Below, piece by piece: positions 1 through 11,160 of a DNA stretch of 64,000 bases. The notes below the pieces were generated by a model. It worked only from the letters and a program-made list of their open reading frames with translations. It was not told the DNA's origin and searched no databases. Source of the stretch: Longimicrobiales bacterium (lineage in GTDB: Bacteria > Gemmatimonadota > Gemmatimonadetes > Longimicrobiales > Gaopeijiaceae); assembly GCA_965219445.1 (NCBI GenBank), contig CBDCNQ010000001.1, positions 160,001-224,000 of the forward strand, in the 5' to 3' direction. The translations under genes were made by a program, and so were the position numbers. Position 1 is the first letter of the stretch. Each line of letters starts with the position of its first letter.

Positions 1-1159
1 CGAATAACACGTGGTCCGTCCTCACGAGCCCGTATTTGGTCTGAACGGTGGAGCCCTCTACGATCGGCAGGATGTCGCGCTGCACCCCCTCACGGCTTAC
101 GTCGGGCCCCGTCCCACTGCGCTCCCCGGCGATCTTGTCGATCTCGTCCAAAAAGACGATCCCCATGTCCTCCGCCCGAATGAGGGCCTCGTTCACGACC
201 TCGTCCATATCGATCAAACGGTCCATCTCATCCTGAACGAGGATCCTGCGGGCCTCCGCGACGGACACGGTACGCCGCTTCTTCCGCTTGGGCAGCATAT
301 CCTGGAGCATTTCTGTGAAGTTGTGATCCATCCCCTCCATGCCCCCGCCCATCGGCAGCACCATGCCCTCGATCGACGCAGTCTGCGATACCTCGATTTC
401 GACTTCGCGTTCTTCCAGCTTTCCATCTCCGAGGAGGGCACGGAGCTTCTCTCTCGTTCGCTCACGGCGTTCCTCGATGGCGTGTTCCCCCTCCCCACCC
501 ACATCCCTCACTTCGGCACCCTCGGTGCCCACAACGAAGACGTGTGGCCGACCCTCGCCGCCCTCCTGGGGCGCCGCAGGCCCAACGGTGGGATTCACCG
601 GAGTAGGGAGGAGCAAGTCCAGAAGTCGCTCTTCGGTCCTCGCATCCGCCAATTCCTCGACATCGTCCTCCCGCCCGGCGCGAACCATGTTGACCGCCAC
701 GTCGACCAGGTCCCGGATCATCGACTCCACGTCCCGCCCCACATACCCGACCTCGGTGAATTTCGACGCCTCCACCTTCACGAAGGGCGCGCCCGCCAGA
801 CGGGCAAGCCGGCGGGCAATCTCGGTCTTTCCGACTCCTGTAGGACCGATCAGGATGAGGTTGTTGGGGAAAATCTCATCCCGAAGCTCCTCGTCCACCC
901 GCTGCCGACGCCAGCGGTTTCGGAGCGCGATGGCGACGGCCTTCTTGGCCTCATCCTGGCCCACGATGTACGTGTCCAGCTCGGCAACGATCTGGCGGGG
1001 CGTGAGTTGATCCAACCAGTCCTCGTCGGACCCATTGGGCGCACCCGCGTCCGGCATCATCACTCGTTCCACCTCGGCTCCGACTTCGGAGCCGTCCCCG
1101 CTTCCCACTCCCATGTCGCCCGCCGATGCAGAACGCCTGGGTTCCCTCGATTCTTCCAT
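1..1159 (-). CDS. hslU: HslUV protease ATPase subunit (5' part; runs off the left window edge)
   Basis: Minus-strand translation gives [35 protein letters not shown] and Walker A GPTGVGKT; lies directly downstream of hslV; absent from the ORF track because it has no stop in the window. Confidence 0.95.
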   Translation of the reverse strand, partial: MEESREPRRSASAGDMGVGSGDGSEVGAEVERVMMPDAGAPNGSDEDWLDQLTPRQIVAELDTYIVGQDEAKKAVAIALRNRWRRQRVDEELRDEIFPNNLILIGPTGVGKTEIARRLARLAGAPFVKVEASKFTEVGYVGRDVESMIRDLVDVAVNMVRAGREDDVEELADARTEERLLDLLLPTPVNPTVGPAAPQEGGEGRPHVFVVGTEGAEVRDVGGEGEHAIEERRERTREKLRALLGDGKLEEREVEIEVSQTASIEGMVLPMGGGMEGMDHNFTEMLQDMLPKRKKRRTVSVAEARRILVQDEMDRLIDMDEVVNEALIRAEDMGIVFLDEIDKIAGERSGTGPDVSREGVQRDILPIVEGSTVQTKYGLVRTDHVLF

Positions 1160-1160
1160 T

Positions 1161-1715
1161 CTACTCCAACTCCAGAACCGTGATCTCTTGGTTCGTAAAG
1201 ACGCAGATCTCACCGGTGATCTCCAGGGACCGGCGCACCGTTTCTGGGGCCGACAGCTCCGAATGCGAAAGCAGCGCACGAGCCGCGGCCATCGCGTATG
1301 AGCCACCCGAGCCGATAGCCAAGACGTCATCGTCGGGTTCAATGACCTCGCCCTCTCCACTGACAAGAAAGAGGTGTTCTCGATCGGCGACCAGCAGCAG
1401 TGCGTTGAGTCTCCTTAGATAGCGGTCCATGCGCCAGTCCTTGGCGAGTTCCACCACGGCCTTGGTAACATTCTTCGGAAACCGCTCCAGCTTCTCCTCC
1501 AGCTTCTCGAACAGGGTGAACGCATCGGCGACGGCGCCCGCGAAACCGACGAGCACGCTGCCCTCCCGGAGCGTCCTCACCTTCTGGGCGGTATTCTTCA
1601 CGACCGTATCGCCCATCGTCACCTGACCGTCGCCAGCAAGCGCCACCCGGCCATCACGCCGTACAGCCACGATGGTCGTTGACCGGAGGTCCAGTCCATC
1701 GGCTCGCTTTGTCAT
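1161..1715 (-). CDS. hslV: HslUV protease peptidase subunit
   Basis: [22 protein letters not shown]-terminal nucleophile motif, [15 protein letters not shown]; start taken at ATG 1715. Confidence 0.95.
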   Translation of the reverse strand: MTKRADGLDLRSTTIVAVRRDGRVALAGDGQVTMGDTVVKNTAQKVRTLREGSVLVGFAGAVADAFTLFEKLEEKLERFPKNVTKAVVELAKDWRMDRYLRRLNALLLVADREHLFLVSGEGEVIEPDDDVLAIGSGGSYAMAAARALLSHSELSAPETVRRSLEITGEICVFTNQEITVLELE

Positions 1716-2247
1716 TCGGTTTCCCTCGATCCCTTCGGCGTGTCCTGGTTTCCGGTCATGGATCATGTCGCGCAACGCGATGCTCCCGCGCAGCCCCAAC
1801 GCTACTGACCGTGGGCTCTTACGATACAGCAACACCCTGACCGCACCAAGCGCCCATCGGCGTCACGGTTGTCCCAACGGTAGCGATTAGGGTCCACGAG
1901 TCGCGATGGGCGGATCTGACCGAGCCTGGGCCGCCGTGCCAGCGATGACACAGGTTGTGCTACACTTCGTCCGATCCGATTAAGCACAGGCCATCGAGCA
2001 GATGAGGCCGATTGTCGTGACGATCCCCACCAAGTGCTCGTCCTCCATCACTAGAGCGCACTGAATTCTTGCACCGACTGGTTGACGATCTCGGTTCTAC
2101 AGCCATTTCGAGCCCGAACATACACGCCAATGTGCACAACACGGGGGTGGCTTGGCCTAGCTGAAAGGACGAACAGGGTACTGACCGCCTGCTGCAATGG
2201 CAGGAGCCTCAGGCTGCGTTTAGGCGGGCGATGGGGTCGGTCATGCG

Positions 2248-2817
2248 CTACCTATTTTCGTCCTGGAGTATGCCGCCTACCTCCGGAGCAATCGCCTCGA
2301 TGAGACCACGCACAGCGGTGACGCCACGGACGGCCAGTGCGATACCAAAGTCCGACACGACCGGCTCACCGTCTTGCAGTAGTATGTTGCCCGGTTTGAT
2401 GTCGCGGTGGATGACGCCGTGTTCGTGCGCGTGCTGGAGCGCACCGGCGACCTTCGAGGCAAGAGCCACCGCCTCATCCACGGGAAGCTGCTTCTGACGG
2501 TCGATTCGATCTCGGAGGGTTTCACCTTCCACATACGGCATCACGTAGAAGAGGAAATTCTCAGCCTCACCCGAATCAAAAAGCGGCAGGATGTGCGGAT
2601 GCTGGAGGTTGGCCGTCGTCTTGATCTCGGCCAGGAAGCGTTCGCCCCCGACGACGGCTGCCAGCTCGGGCTTCAAGACCTTCAGCGCGACCTTGCGCTC
2701 ATGCTTGAGGTCGTCGGCCAGGTAGACGGTAGCCATGCCGCCCTCACCCAACTCGCGTTCGATGGCGTAGCGGCCTTCTAGGGCTGCGTTCAGGCGGGAG
2801 GCGGTTCCATTGGTCAT
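2248..2817 (-). pseudogene. Truncated Hanks-type Ser/Thr protein kinase
   Basis: LGEGGMATVY, VALK, HRDIKPGN and DFG present; frame diverges and stops just after DFGIALAV, with no activation loop, APE or C-lobe. Confidence 0.85.
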
Positions 2818-3058
2818 TCGTGCCGTTCGGCTTAGGACCCTTCGACCAGATCGACCACCCAGACATCGGACTCCCCTGGCCTCGTCGACAGAGCAGGCGA
2901 GATACTGCAGGTCGGGAGTCCTCGAACGATGGCCGGGCGGCTCACTGATTGCTCGAAGGAGCGTCTCGAACGAGAAGACGACCACCTCCGAACGATGGGG
3001 GTGGCCGTCTGTCTATTCCGGAGAACCGGATGGGACTACTTCATGTCACGTATCACCC

Positions 3059-3577
3059 CTAGTGCCACGAAATTCCCACGCCTAATTCGGAAATGTTGGT
3101 GTTGCCACCAGCAAATGCCCCGCCGTTGAAGTTCAGGACCGGGGTGACGGACCAGTTGTCCCCCACGCGCACGTCATAGCCTACCCCAAGGACGGCTCCG
3201 CCACCGTTTTCGGTGACGCTAATGCCAAGAACTTCTACCGAAAGACGAGACCACCCGAGCCCGCCCTTCAGAAAGAATCCGTTTGTGGCGCTGGGATAGA
3301 AGTAGGCCACGGCGCTGGTGTTCGTGTGCGTGAGGGTAGTTCCGGATTGCTCCTTCACCCATGCGTTGGATTCCACACCGAGTAAGAGCCTTTCGTTTAT
3401 GGTACCGCCGAGCTTGACGTATCCCACGACTCCAGTGTCTCGGCCGGTGCCATCAGCAATCCCCAAGGAGCCACCACCGAAACCAAATCCGACCCAGAAG
3501 CCCTCATGGGATTGCGCTTGAGCCGCACCGGCAGTCATTAGGACAAGAAGTCCCAGTATAGAAACAACTCTCTTCAT
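3059..3577 (-). CDS. Outer-membrane beta-barrel protein (8-strand type)
   Basis: Signal peptide MKRVVSILGLLVLMTAGAAQA, alternating beta-strand pattern, C-terminal GVGISWH. Confidence 0.75.
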   Translation of the reverse strand: MKRVVSILGLLVLMTAGAAQAQSHEGFWVGFGFGGGSLGIADGTGRDTGVVGYVKLGGTINERLLLGVESNAWVKEQSGTTLTHTNTSAVAYFYPSATNGFFLKGGLGWSRLSVEVLGISVTENGGGAVLGVGYDVRVGDNWSVTPVLNFNGGAFAGGNTNISELGVGISWH

Positions 3578-3998
3578 GTTCTCTTCTCCCCTCGTTGAAT
3601 CTCTTTGCGTGACGGCCCCCCGAAAATCACGGCCTTTGAGGCACACCGTATTTCTTCTCGTCGTCGTCAGGGGGATCAGCAGCTGATGAGTATGCCGCTA
3701 CAAGAAACATGTGACACAGATTCCACCGCAGGCAAGCCTTTTATGGGGCCTTATTCGGCCCTGCGGGGGGTCCCACGTCGAGATATTCGCAGGGGATGGC
3801 GAGGTGGAGATTGCATGGGCTTTGCGTCAAGCCACCGTCGAGGTCCCAAGACATGGCGCCCATGCGCCCAAGCTACGGTTGACGATCGGGCGGTGCGATG
3901 GCTGGACGGGACTACGACCGGCGCCTGCTTGACCACGAGGGCGTCAACGTTGAACCGATCGTCTTGAGCAGCGCCGCCCACCGCCGAGGAAGACAGTG

Positions 3999-4454
3999 CT
4001 AAAGCTCCGGCGGCACGCTCCAGGCTAACTCCCATCCCTCTTGGCCAACCTCGAGGCAAACGATGCCGGCGTTGGTGAAGCGGACGGGGGTCGCCTCAGG
4101 TGAGCCGGTCAGGAGAAATCCAGCTAGACGAGCGAGGAAGGGCAGGTGCCCCACGAGCATGACGGTTTTGTCTTCGTCGCCCAGCGCTTCAGCCACCGGC
4201 CGGACATCGTCCAGGGGGGCCAATCCCGGCGCCACCCTCACTCCGAGCGCTGGCTGAAGGTGGACGCTGAGGATCTCGGCCGTCTCGGCGGCTCTCCGCT
4301 TGCCACTATGGCGAATCTCGTCGACTCCGAGGCCCTGCTCCGCGCCCCAGGCTGCCATGCGGGAGACGGTGTCGGCCCCCTCGGAGCGGAGGGGTCTGTC
4401 GGGATCCTCGTCCTTCGACATGGCCACGCCGTGTTGAACGAGAAGGAGTCTCAC
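3999..4454 (-). CDS. sixA: Phosphohistidine phosphatase SixA
   Basis: LVQHG motif, DPDRPL, HSGKRRAAETAE, LVGHLPFL. Confidence 0.85.
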   Translation of the reverse strand: MRLLLVQHGVAMSKDEDPDRPLRSEGADTVSRMAAWGAEQGLGVDEIRHSGKRRAAETAEILSVHLQPALGVRVAPGLAPLDDVRPVAEALGDEDKTVMLVGHLPFLARLAGFLLTGSPEATPVRFTNAGIVCLEVGQEGWELAWSVPPEL

Positions 4455-4531
4455 TAGCTCTCGCCTAGCTCACCCTCGATGGCGTAGCGGCCCTCTAGGG
4501 CGGTGTTCAGACGAGCGACTGCGTCGGACAT
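4454..4531 (-). pseudogene. 25-codon remnant of a Ser/Thr kinase N-terminus
   Basis: Translates MSDAVARLNTALEGRYAIEGELGES*, nearly the same as the start of the kinase at 2817; its stop overlaps the sixA GTG. Confidence 0.75.
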
Positions 4532-4553
4532 GGGCGGACTCCGAGTTCAGGCT

Positions 4554-4597
4554 GCGCTCAACATCCGAGAGTGGACCGGTAGGCGCAAGCAGAAGCC
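4554..4597 (-). promoter_or_regulatory. 44-bp repeat copy 1, putative sigma70 promoter
   Basis: 41/44 identical to 4945-4988; minus strand reads TTGCGC-N17-GATGTT; lies ~22 bp upstream of an ATG. Confidence 0.55.
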
Positions 4598-4653
4598 CGT
4601 CAGGCGCCCGAAATTGTGGGGTTTATCACTGAGAGTGTCACTAGTGACTTGGG

Positions 4654-4923
4654 CTACCTCGGGGGCAAGAAAGGTCCCTGGGTCCGAACATCACGATTTC
4701 GCATGAACCTGATGAAGAGCAGCCCTAGTAGAAAAACTCCAAGCCCCAAAGACCAATGCATAAAGGTCGCAAAGGCGATCGGGACCGCCACGTTCGCCAC
4801 CAACACGAGACTGACGATTCCAAGAGCACTTCCAGGGGATTCCCCCTTGAACTGCGCTGAGATCCAGATGATGTAAGGTAGTCCAAAGAAAAAGAGAAGG
4901 ATTCCCCATGTTTGCAGGTCCAT
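4654..4923 (-). CDS. Small membrane protein (~3 TM)
   Basis: MDLQTWGILLFFFGLPYIIW..., hydrophobic segments, preceded by the repeated promoter-like motif. Confidence 0.55.
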   Translation of the reverse strand: MDLQTWGILLFFFGLPYIIWISAQFKGESPGSALGIVSLVLVANVAVPIAFATFMHWSLGLGVFLLGLLFIRFMRNRDVRTQGPFLPPR

Positions 4924-4944
4924 GTGACACTCCGGGATCAGACC

Positions 4945-4988
4945 GCGCTCAACATCCGAGAGCGGGGCGGTAGGCGCAAGCAGAAGCC
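4945..4988 (-). promoter_or_regulatory. 44-bp repeat copy 2, putative sigma70 promoter
   Basis: 41/44 identical to 4554-4597, at nearly the same distance from a downstream ATG (4923). Confidence 0.55.
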
Positions 4989-5198
4989 TCTCGCTGAGGT
5001 ACTCGCCTGGGCTATCATCGGGCAAAAGCAGGACGGGGGAGACCGAAGCCTCCCCCATCCGAAAACTGTGTACGTTGTTGTGTAAATTAGCGTCCACTAA
5101 CCCCGTGTATGGATCGAAAATCGTACCCGGGAAAAGTGGATGATTCCCTCATTCCTCCTCGTATTTGGTGAAATACGGCCCCTACTGGCCCCGCGTGT

Positions 5199-5239
5199 AA
5201 ACCAGGAGGTTGGTGGTTCGAACCCTCTCGGGCGTACTA
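5199..5239 (+). pseudogene. tRNA 3'-half remnant (Arg-like), probable att scar
   Basis: AACCAGGAGGTTGGTGGTTCGAACCCTCTCGGGCGTACTA gives anticodon 3' strand, T-loop GTTCGAA and acceptor 3' strand; no pairing 5' half upstream. Confidence 0.6.
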
Positions 5240-5427
5240 GCAAAAGGAGGGGCTCTATCGCACTCCCGCCCTCCAATCGGGGAAGTCCAAAGTCCAGCAG
5301 AAGCCGGCCCTCCTGTAGCGCCTCCAAGGCCCTCACCCACACACTCCGAGGCCCCTGCACCCTCATGGAGACGGTCTGCGGCGAAGCCGTGGAGCGAAGC
5401 GTCGGCGGAGTGAGGGTGTAGGGGCCT

Positions 5428-5460
5428 CGGGGCGTCAGGAAGTCTCAGAACGCGAAGGGA
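5428..5460 (+). repeat. 33-bp direct repeat copy 1
   Basis: CGGGGCGTCAGGAAGTCTCAGAACGCGAAGGGA, 29/33 identical to 12790-12822. Confidence 0.7.
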
Positions 5461-5497
5461 AGTGTGAGCGCGTCGCCTCATCCGCTGACGGGCCTTA

Positions 5498-6079
5498 CTA
5501 GTTGTGCATCCCCCCCATCCCCGGGTCCGTCCCCCCGTGCTGCATCAATCCATGCATCATCGCCATTCCGCTGCCGAGTTGCTCGAGCTGCTCCTCGGTC
5601 AAGACGCTCCTGACTTCATCCGCGGCTTGCGCCATCGCCACATGCGCCTGCACCATTAGGTCGGCGCCTACCTGAAGCGCGTGCTCGTAGGCGGCGAAGT
5701 CAGGCGAATCACCTTGGAGCGCAGCACGGACATCCTCATGGGCTCCTACCATGCCCGGCATATGAGGCTGAGCGGCTTCCGAGTACTCCGCTTCGATGGC
5801 CTCCAGCTGAGCCATCTGGTCATCGGTGAGAGTCAGTGCCTCTCTCATACTGAGGATCATCGCTGGCCCAGGGCCGCCCGTGACCACGATCCCCACACCC
5901 TGCCCCACCCTTTGCAGCATCTGGCTGCTCATACCCTCCCCCATCATCATGCCTCCATCAATGGCCCCATGAATCATTGGGCCGGGCATCTCATGCTCCT
6001 GAGCCGACAGGCCCGACGTGATGAAGAACAGTCCGACGCCAAGCGCCGATATTCGACCCAACATCGTTAGTCCGATCAT
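5498..6079 (-). CDS. Spy/CpxP-like periplasmic helical protein, Met/His-rich
   Basis: Signal peptide, LTLTDDQ and VLTEEQ (LTxxQ) motifs, Met/His/Gly-rich termini. Confidence 0.7.
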   Translation of the reverse strand: MIGLTMLGRISALGVGLFFITSGLSAQEHEMPGPMIHGAIDGGMMMGEGMSSQMLQRVGQGVGIVVTGGPGPAMILSMREALTLTDDQMAQLEAIEAEYSEAAQPHMPGMVGAHEDVRAALQGDSPDFAAYEHALQVGADLMVQAHVAMAQAADEVRSVLTEEQLEQLGSGMAMMHGLMQHGGTDPGMGGMHN

Positions 6080-6230
6080 GGATCTTTCCCCTCCGGGGTG
6101 GACCTGAAGTGTAACCTGCGCACGGGAGAAGACGGAGCGCCGCGATGCGTTCGCGACAGACGCCTCCTCGAGTCGCTCTAATATGGAGATCTGCAGTGCG
6201 GTGCGCGAGTGGGAGGCACCGTGTCTTATC

Positions 6231-7427
6231 CTACCCAGCCAGCTCGGCAATCAATACCCACGTGGGCCCGTTCCCACCTTCATAGGTTTCCTGGGGGGTA
6301 AGCTCGCCGCTGTCTTGGTTGACCTCGTAGGTCGCCAGGCGGCCATAGTTTCTCCTCCCGCCCCCGGCAACCACAAGAAACCGGCCTTGCGGGTCGAGAC
6401 TGAAGGCCCTGGGCCCGGGCTCGGTGGGTACTCGGCCGGTTGCAGTGAGCCTGCCACTGGATGCATCGATGGTGAAGCTGGCGACGCTGTCATGCCCACG
6501 GGTGGGAACGAACAAGAACCTCCCGGAGGGACTGATTTGAATCTGGGAGCAAGTGGTGTCACTTGTTAAGTTGTAGTCGTTGGGCACTGTGGAGATGGTC
6601 TGAAAATTCGCTAGTGTTCCTGCCGACGAATCGAGCCGGTACGCCGTGGCGCTGCTTCCCTGCTCGTCCGAGGAGTAAACCACGTCCAGGGTGGGGTGAA
6701 AGCAGAGGTGCCTGGGACCCAAGTATTCCCGCAGGTAGAGAAAGGGGGGGGTGTTGGGGGTGAGGCGCCCCGTATTCTCGTCAAACGTGAACTGAGCGAT
6801 CGCGTTGGGACCTCCGCTGCGGGCGAGGTGAGGCACGAAAACGAATCGGTTGGTCCGGTCAATATGGATTCCGTGCGCCCCATAGGCCGTGTAACGCCAT
6901 TCGATGGGGGGGAAAGTGATGATACCGTCGCTGTTCACAGCGTGGACCGCTGCGGTGCTCTGATATAAGTAGGCCGAGAGCAGAAACCTACCTGTGCGGT
7001 CCGTCGACATTTGAACCGGTTCACCTTGCAGCGGCACTGCTCCAACAAGAGAAAGTCCGCCCGTGCTCTGATCGATTCGGTAACTGGAAAGCTTCTGGCT
7101 GTCCCTATTTCCCACGTAGAGAAAGTTCTTTCCGGGATCGATGGCCAGCGGCCCCGGTCCGCCGTCGACCGCTACTTGCCGCTGCCAGGTGAGCTTTCCA
7201 GTGCTCGGATCCATAGTGAAGATCGAGATTCTGTTGTCACGCTGGAAGGTCACGTACCCGAAATAATCGCTCTCCGATCGCGTTTCGCCCCAGACAGCCG
7301 AGGGCATGGCCGCGACTGACGCTGCCGCCAGGCCGGCCCCTGCAACGACAGCGCTGCTTGTCAAGAAGTCGCGACGCGTATACTCGACAGTTTTGTGACT
7401 GTCCGATTCATTGCTGTGCTCGCGCAT
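6231..7427 (-). CDS. Tat-exported lactonase-family 7-bladed beta-propeller (6-phosphogluconolactonase-like)
   Basis: TRRDFL twin-Arg signal; AHGIHIDRTNRFVFV, GPRHLCFHP, PRAFSLDPQGRFL. Confidence 0.85.
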   Translation of the reverse strand: MREHSNESDSHKTVEYTRRDFLTSSAVVAGAGLAAASVAAMPSAVWGETRSESDYFGYVTFQRDNRISIFTMDPSTGKLTWQRQVAVDGGPGPLAIDPGKNFLYVGNRDSQKLSSYRIDQSTGGLSLVGAVPLQGEPVQMSTDRTGRFLLSAYLYQSTAAVHAVNSDGIITFPPIEWRYTAYGAHGIHIDRTNRFVFVPHLARSGGPNAIAQFTFDENTGRLTPNTPPFLYLREYLGPRHLCFHPTLDVVYSSDEQGSSATAYRLDSSAGTLANFQTISTVPNDYNLTSDTTCSQIQISPSGRFLFVPTRGHDSVASFTIDASSGRLTATGRVPTEPGPRAFSLDPQGRFLVVAGGGRRNYGRLATYEVNQDSGELTPQETYEGGNGPTWVLIAELAG

Positions 7428-7549
7428 CGACACGTTCCTCCGGTGGGGTGTTGGGGGACCTGACCCTGCGACGGAACCTGCCGATCACAGGCTCGGCGCG
7501 CTACAGCAACACCCCCGGCAGGGTTAGGTGACACCAGTCAATCTCGACA

Positions 7550-7940
7550 TCACGCACCTCCGTTCTGCATGAGACCCAAGGCGTACAGCAGTGCGGCGAC
7601 CATCGCGGTGGCCGTCCGAACGTGGTTCCACATCGTCCACCGGCCCAGGTAGTGCTCCCACACGTCAAGGGCGGCGGGGTCGGTGGCGGATACAGCGGCC
7701 AACTGGTCGTTCAAGGGAACGTTTCCGAGCCCGGTGACGAGGAAGGTGCCCACGAGGTAGAAGAGCGCCCCGCCCAAGAAGAACGGCGCGAAGGGACGAC
7801 CCCAGCTTGCAAGGGCGAGCCCACCTGCGCCGAGCGACACCACGGCCGTTCCGATGAACACACCCAGAAACGAGGGGTTGAGCACGACGACGTTGATCGA
7901 CTGCATCGCGCCGATGCCCTCCGCGGAGGGCACGCCCGCC
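7550..7940 (-). pseudogene. 5'-truncated anthrone oxygenase/DUF1772 family membrane protein
   Basis: GIGAMQSINVVVLNP, GNVPLNDQL, WTMWNHVRT; N-terminal helix missing, fused to the upstream gene. Confidence 0.75.
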
Positions 7941-8432
7941 AGGCGGGAGCCTAAGCATGGGTGCTAACGACGTTGGATCCGCCAGCGCGAGGCGGGTAGC
8001 AGTCGCCACGACAAAAAGGATGTCCGCCAGCCCAACTACATTCCACGCCAGGTAGGCAGTGCGCCGCCGACCCTTCGGCGGACCCGTCGCGATCAGCGGG
8101 ATCGCCAGCATGGCGACGATGATGTCACCCCAGCCACCGATCACTGCGAACTCGTACGGTAACTCCCCACGCCCGTACAACACCAAGAAATAGATCCCGA
8201 CGAATCGGGTGAGATGGAAGGCAACGAATACTCGCACATCGAGGCGCGTCGCCCATCGGCGCACTGGTCCGACTCTCCACAGGCACACCAGGCTGAGAAG
8301 CGTGAGGCTGATCAGGATGACTTGGGGCCACGGCGGTAGGAGGTCGACAAGAGCACCAGCCCCCCCAACGACGGTCGCGGCCAGAAGCCACACTCCAAGT
8401 ACAAACGGGACAAACCAGCGCGATTCGCTCAA
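7941..8432 (-). pseudogene. 3'-truncated integral membrane protein
   Basis: FHLTRFVG, GWGDIIVA, WNVVGLAD motifs; after MLRLP the frame runs into DUF1772 DNA out of frame. Confidence 0.6.
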
Positions 8433-8473
8433 CGCCGAAGACCTTGCAAGAGGAGTAGCGCCGCCAGCTGGCC

Positions 8474-9022
8474 TTAAAAGCTCACTCTAAGTGCAAGGCC
8501 AACACGATCGGGGCCCGTTAGTAGCTCTACGCCAACTCTGCGTTGTAGCACTTGGCGGTTGCGGTCGCGGGCTCGCTTTGGCGCATCTATGACGTTCCAG
8601 ATGTAGAGACCAAGACCTGCGGCTACGCTCGTGATTACACCCACTTTGCGGCCAGTGCTGAACTGGTCAAAAGCATCGTCTTCAAATTTTTCGTCTTCCC
8701 AATTTTGGGCTTCTGTGGTGCTGAGCAGTCCATCTGCATTTCCGCCAAACTTTGTTTTGTCATAGTCGGCCAGTTCGAGGTCGGCGGGGTTGTAAAATGC
8801 ATATGCCGAACCAAATGCACCAACGATGGATGTGAAGAACAGAAGGCCTCGTTTCTTGTCGTCCGTATAGAATTGTCCCAATCCCGGCAATGTGGCCGAA
8901 AGATAAAGGGCGACGAGTGGGTCCTTGTACAGTTCTGGTTCTTGTTCTTGTGCCTGTGCCTGTACTCTTGATGTTAGTGTGAGCGCCACGAGCAGCGTGA
9001 GGGTTGTGAAGGCGGTTTTCAT
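8474..9022 (-). CDS. Secreted/membrane protein with TM2-like motif
   Basis: Signal peptide, KDPLVALYLSATLPGLGQFY, IWNVIDA; visibly more AT-rich than its neighbours. Confidence 0.65.
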   Translation of the reverse strand: MKTAFTTLTLLVALTLTSRVQAQAQEQEPELYKDPLVALYLSATLPGLGQFYTDDKKRGLLFFTSIVGAFGSAYAFYNPADLELADYDKTKFGGNADGLLSTTEAQNWEDEKFEDDAFDQFSTGRKVGVITSVAAGLGLYIWNVIDAPKRARDRNRQVLQRRVGVELLTGPDRVGLALRVSF

Positions 9023-10710
9023 GGTTTGCTCCTTGTGCGCCATGGATGGATGTTCTCCAAGTGCGGCAGTTGTGATTGGCGTGTTGGTCGTGATCGAATT
9101 TGACACACCGCTGCGAACCCTACATCGGCCGGAAGGCTCGATGTTCCTCGGCCGTTCGGTCGAAATCAAGGTCGTACCTTTGACCGGTGCGCTGGATGAC
9201 CGACTCGCGTATTGTGGACTGTCATGAGAAACGTCGTTCGATCTCTGTTGGCTGCGCCTCGAGCGTCTGTTTCGGCGGGCCAGGAGGGCGCCCACCATGA
9301 AGGCGAAGCTCGAGAAGAAGCTCTACGGACTGATCTGCAGCCTCGAGGAGATCCAGGCCGAAGCTCAGGTGTTCGAAGAGCGTTACGCGATACAGCTTCG
9401 AGGGGTCCATCCGGACCAGTACAAGTGCGGACTCAACCTCCTGCACTATCTGGCCCTGAGGCAGCACGACGTCAGCGAGCTCCAGGCGGATCTCGGAGCG
9501 CTCGGCCTCTCCCGCCTGGGCCGCGCCGAGTCTCACGTGCTCGCCAGCGTCCACGCGATACTGCACGCACTTCGAAGCCTGCAGGGAAACGAGACGAAGC
9601 TCCGCAAGTCTCCGGTGACCATCAAGCAGGGCCGGAAGATCATCCGCAAGCGTACGAACGCGCTCCTCGGCAAGAAGCTCAAAGGGAGCACCGTGCGAAT
9701 CATGGTGACCCTGCCGTCCGAGGCCGCCGACGACTATTCGCTAATCCGCGACATGATGTCGGCGGGGATGAATTGCGCTCGCATCAACTGCGCCCACGAT
9801 GGACCCGCAGCGTGGGCGCGGATGGTGGCCAACATCGAGAGGGGACGGAAGGCCACGGGCCGTGGCTGCAAGATCTTTATGGACCTGAGCGGGCCCAAGA
9901 TCCGAACCGGTGCTCATGCGCCCGGCCCGAGGGTTACCACGATCAAGCCGGCGAAGGACATCAACGGACGTATCGTGGCCCCCGAGAAAGTCACGCTGGT
10001 CCCCGAAGAGCCACCTGACGCCGAACGATCCGACGCCCTCCCGCGACCCCTTCTGGACAACGGGGTGATCCCCATCTCCGCTGACGTCTTCCGACGCATC
10101 GCTCCAGGGGATCGAATCTCTCTCATCGACACTCGGGGAGAGCCGACGTGTCTGGAAATCGGCAAGGTGGACGCGTGGACCGCTCAAGCACTCTGCGCGT
10201 CCGACGCGCACCTCGAGACCGGCCTCCCGATATCGCTGGGGGACGGATCGGGAAAGATCCGCGCCAGGGGCGTCGTCGGCAGGCTACCCGCCAAGGAGCA
10301 GGCCCTTCTGCTCCGCGTCGGGGACACGCTTCTGATCCACAAGGACCCACGGCCAGGCGAACCTGCCCGTGCGGGCGAAGCTGGCGAGCCCTCCGTGCCC
10401 GCTCACGTCTCGTGTGTCTTCCCCGAGGTTCTCGACGACGTGCGGGTTGGTGAACCCTTGATCCTCGACGACGGCAAGATCCACGGAGTCATCCGTGAAG
10501 TGGGACCGGACGGAGCCCTGGTCGAGATCACCCAAGCGAAGCCGAAGGGCACCAAGCTCAAGGCCGATAAGGGGATCAACCTACCCGAGAGTTCGCTACA
10601 GATCTTCGGTCTCACACTCAAGGACCGGGAGGATCTGCCCTCTCTGCCAACTTACGTGAGACACGGAGCAGCTAAGGAATTAGAGTAGGGCGAAGGCAGA
10701 GAAACCGAGG

Positions 10711-11160
10711 ATGCTGAGACACCGAGAGAGAATGAAAGAGAATGGAATAGCCCCACCAACCTGGGACGGTAAGCGAAGCGCGGCAGCTCCTGCGGACTCG
10801 GAGGTGGTAGATAGGCCGCTGCGCCGGCGGTTCGCTCCGTCGTACAAGCTGCGGATCGTCGAAGAAGCGGACCGGTGCACGGAGCCCGGAGAGGTTGGCC
10901 GACTCCTACGGCGGGAGGGCTTGTACTCGTCGCACCTGACGACATGGCGCAAGGCGGCGCATAGCGGGTCCCTGAAAGCGCTGTCGAAGAAACGAGGCCG
11001 TAAGCGCGAGCGCAATCCGCTGGAGGAGAAGGTGCGCAAGCTGGAGCGCGAGAACACTCGCCTCGAGAAGGAGCTCCAGAAGGCGCACTTGATCATCGAC
11101 GTCCAGGGAAAAGTTGCAGGGCTGCTGGGATTGAGCCTCGAGGACGGGACGAACTCATGA
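10711..11160 (+). CDS. IS3 transposase OrfA
   Basis: HTH region RRRFAPSYKLRIV...LLRREGLYSSHL and leucine zipper; slippery G GGA AAA at 11106-11112 puts a -1 shift in frame with orfB. Confidence 0.9.
   Translation: MLRHRERMKENGIAPPTWDGKRSAAAPADSEVVDRPLRRRFAPSYKLRIVEEADRCTEPGEVGRLLRREGLYSSHLTTWRKAAHSGSLKALSKKRGRKRERNPLEEKVRKLERENTRLEKELQKAHLIIDVQGKVAGLLGLSLEDGTNS

Noticed and set aside
11..1183. 390-aa plus-strand ORF
   Set aside because: Antisense shadow of hslU.
5170..5245. Intact tRNA gene
   Set aside because: No 5' acceptor strand or D-arm, and the T-stem is mismatched; kept only as a fragment.
1800..9300. Integron cassette array with xerC as integrase
   Set aside because: Only isolated GTTRRRY-like words; no repeated attC with complementary RYYYAAC/GTTRRRY ends; XerC shows no IntI-specific insertion.
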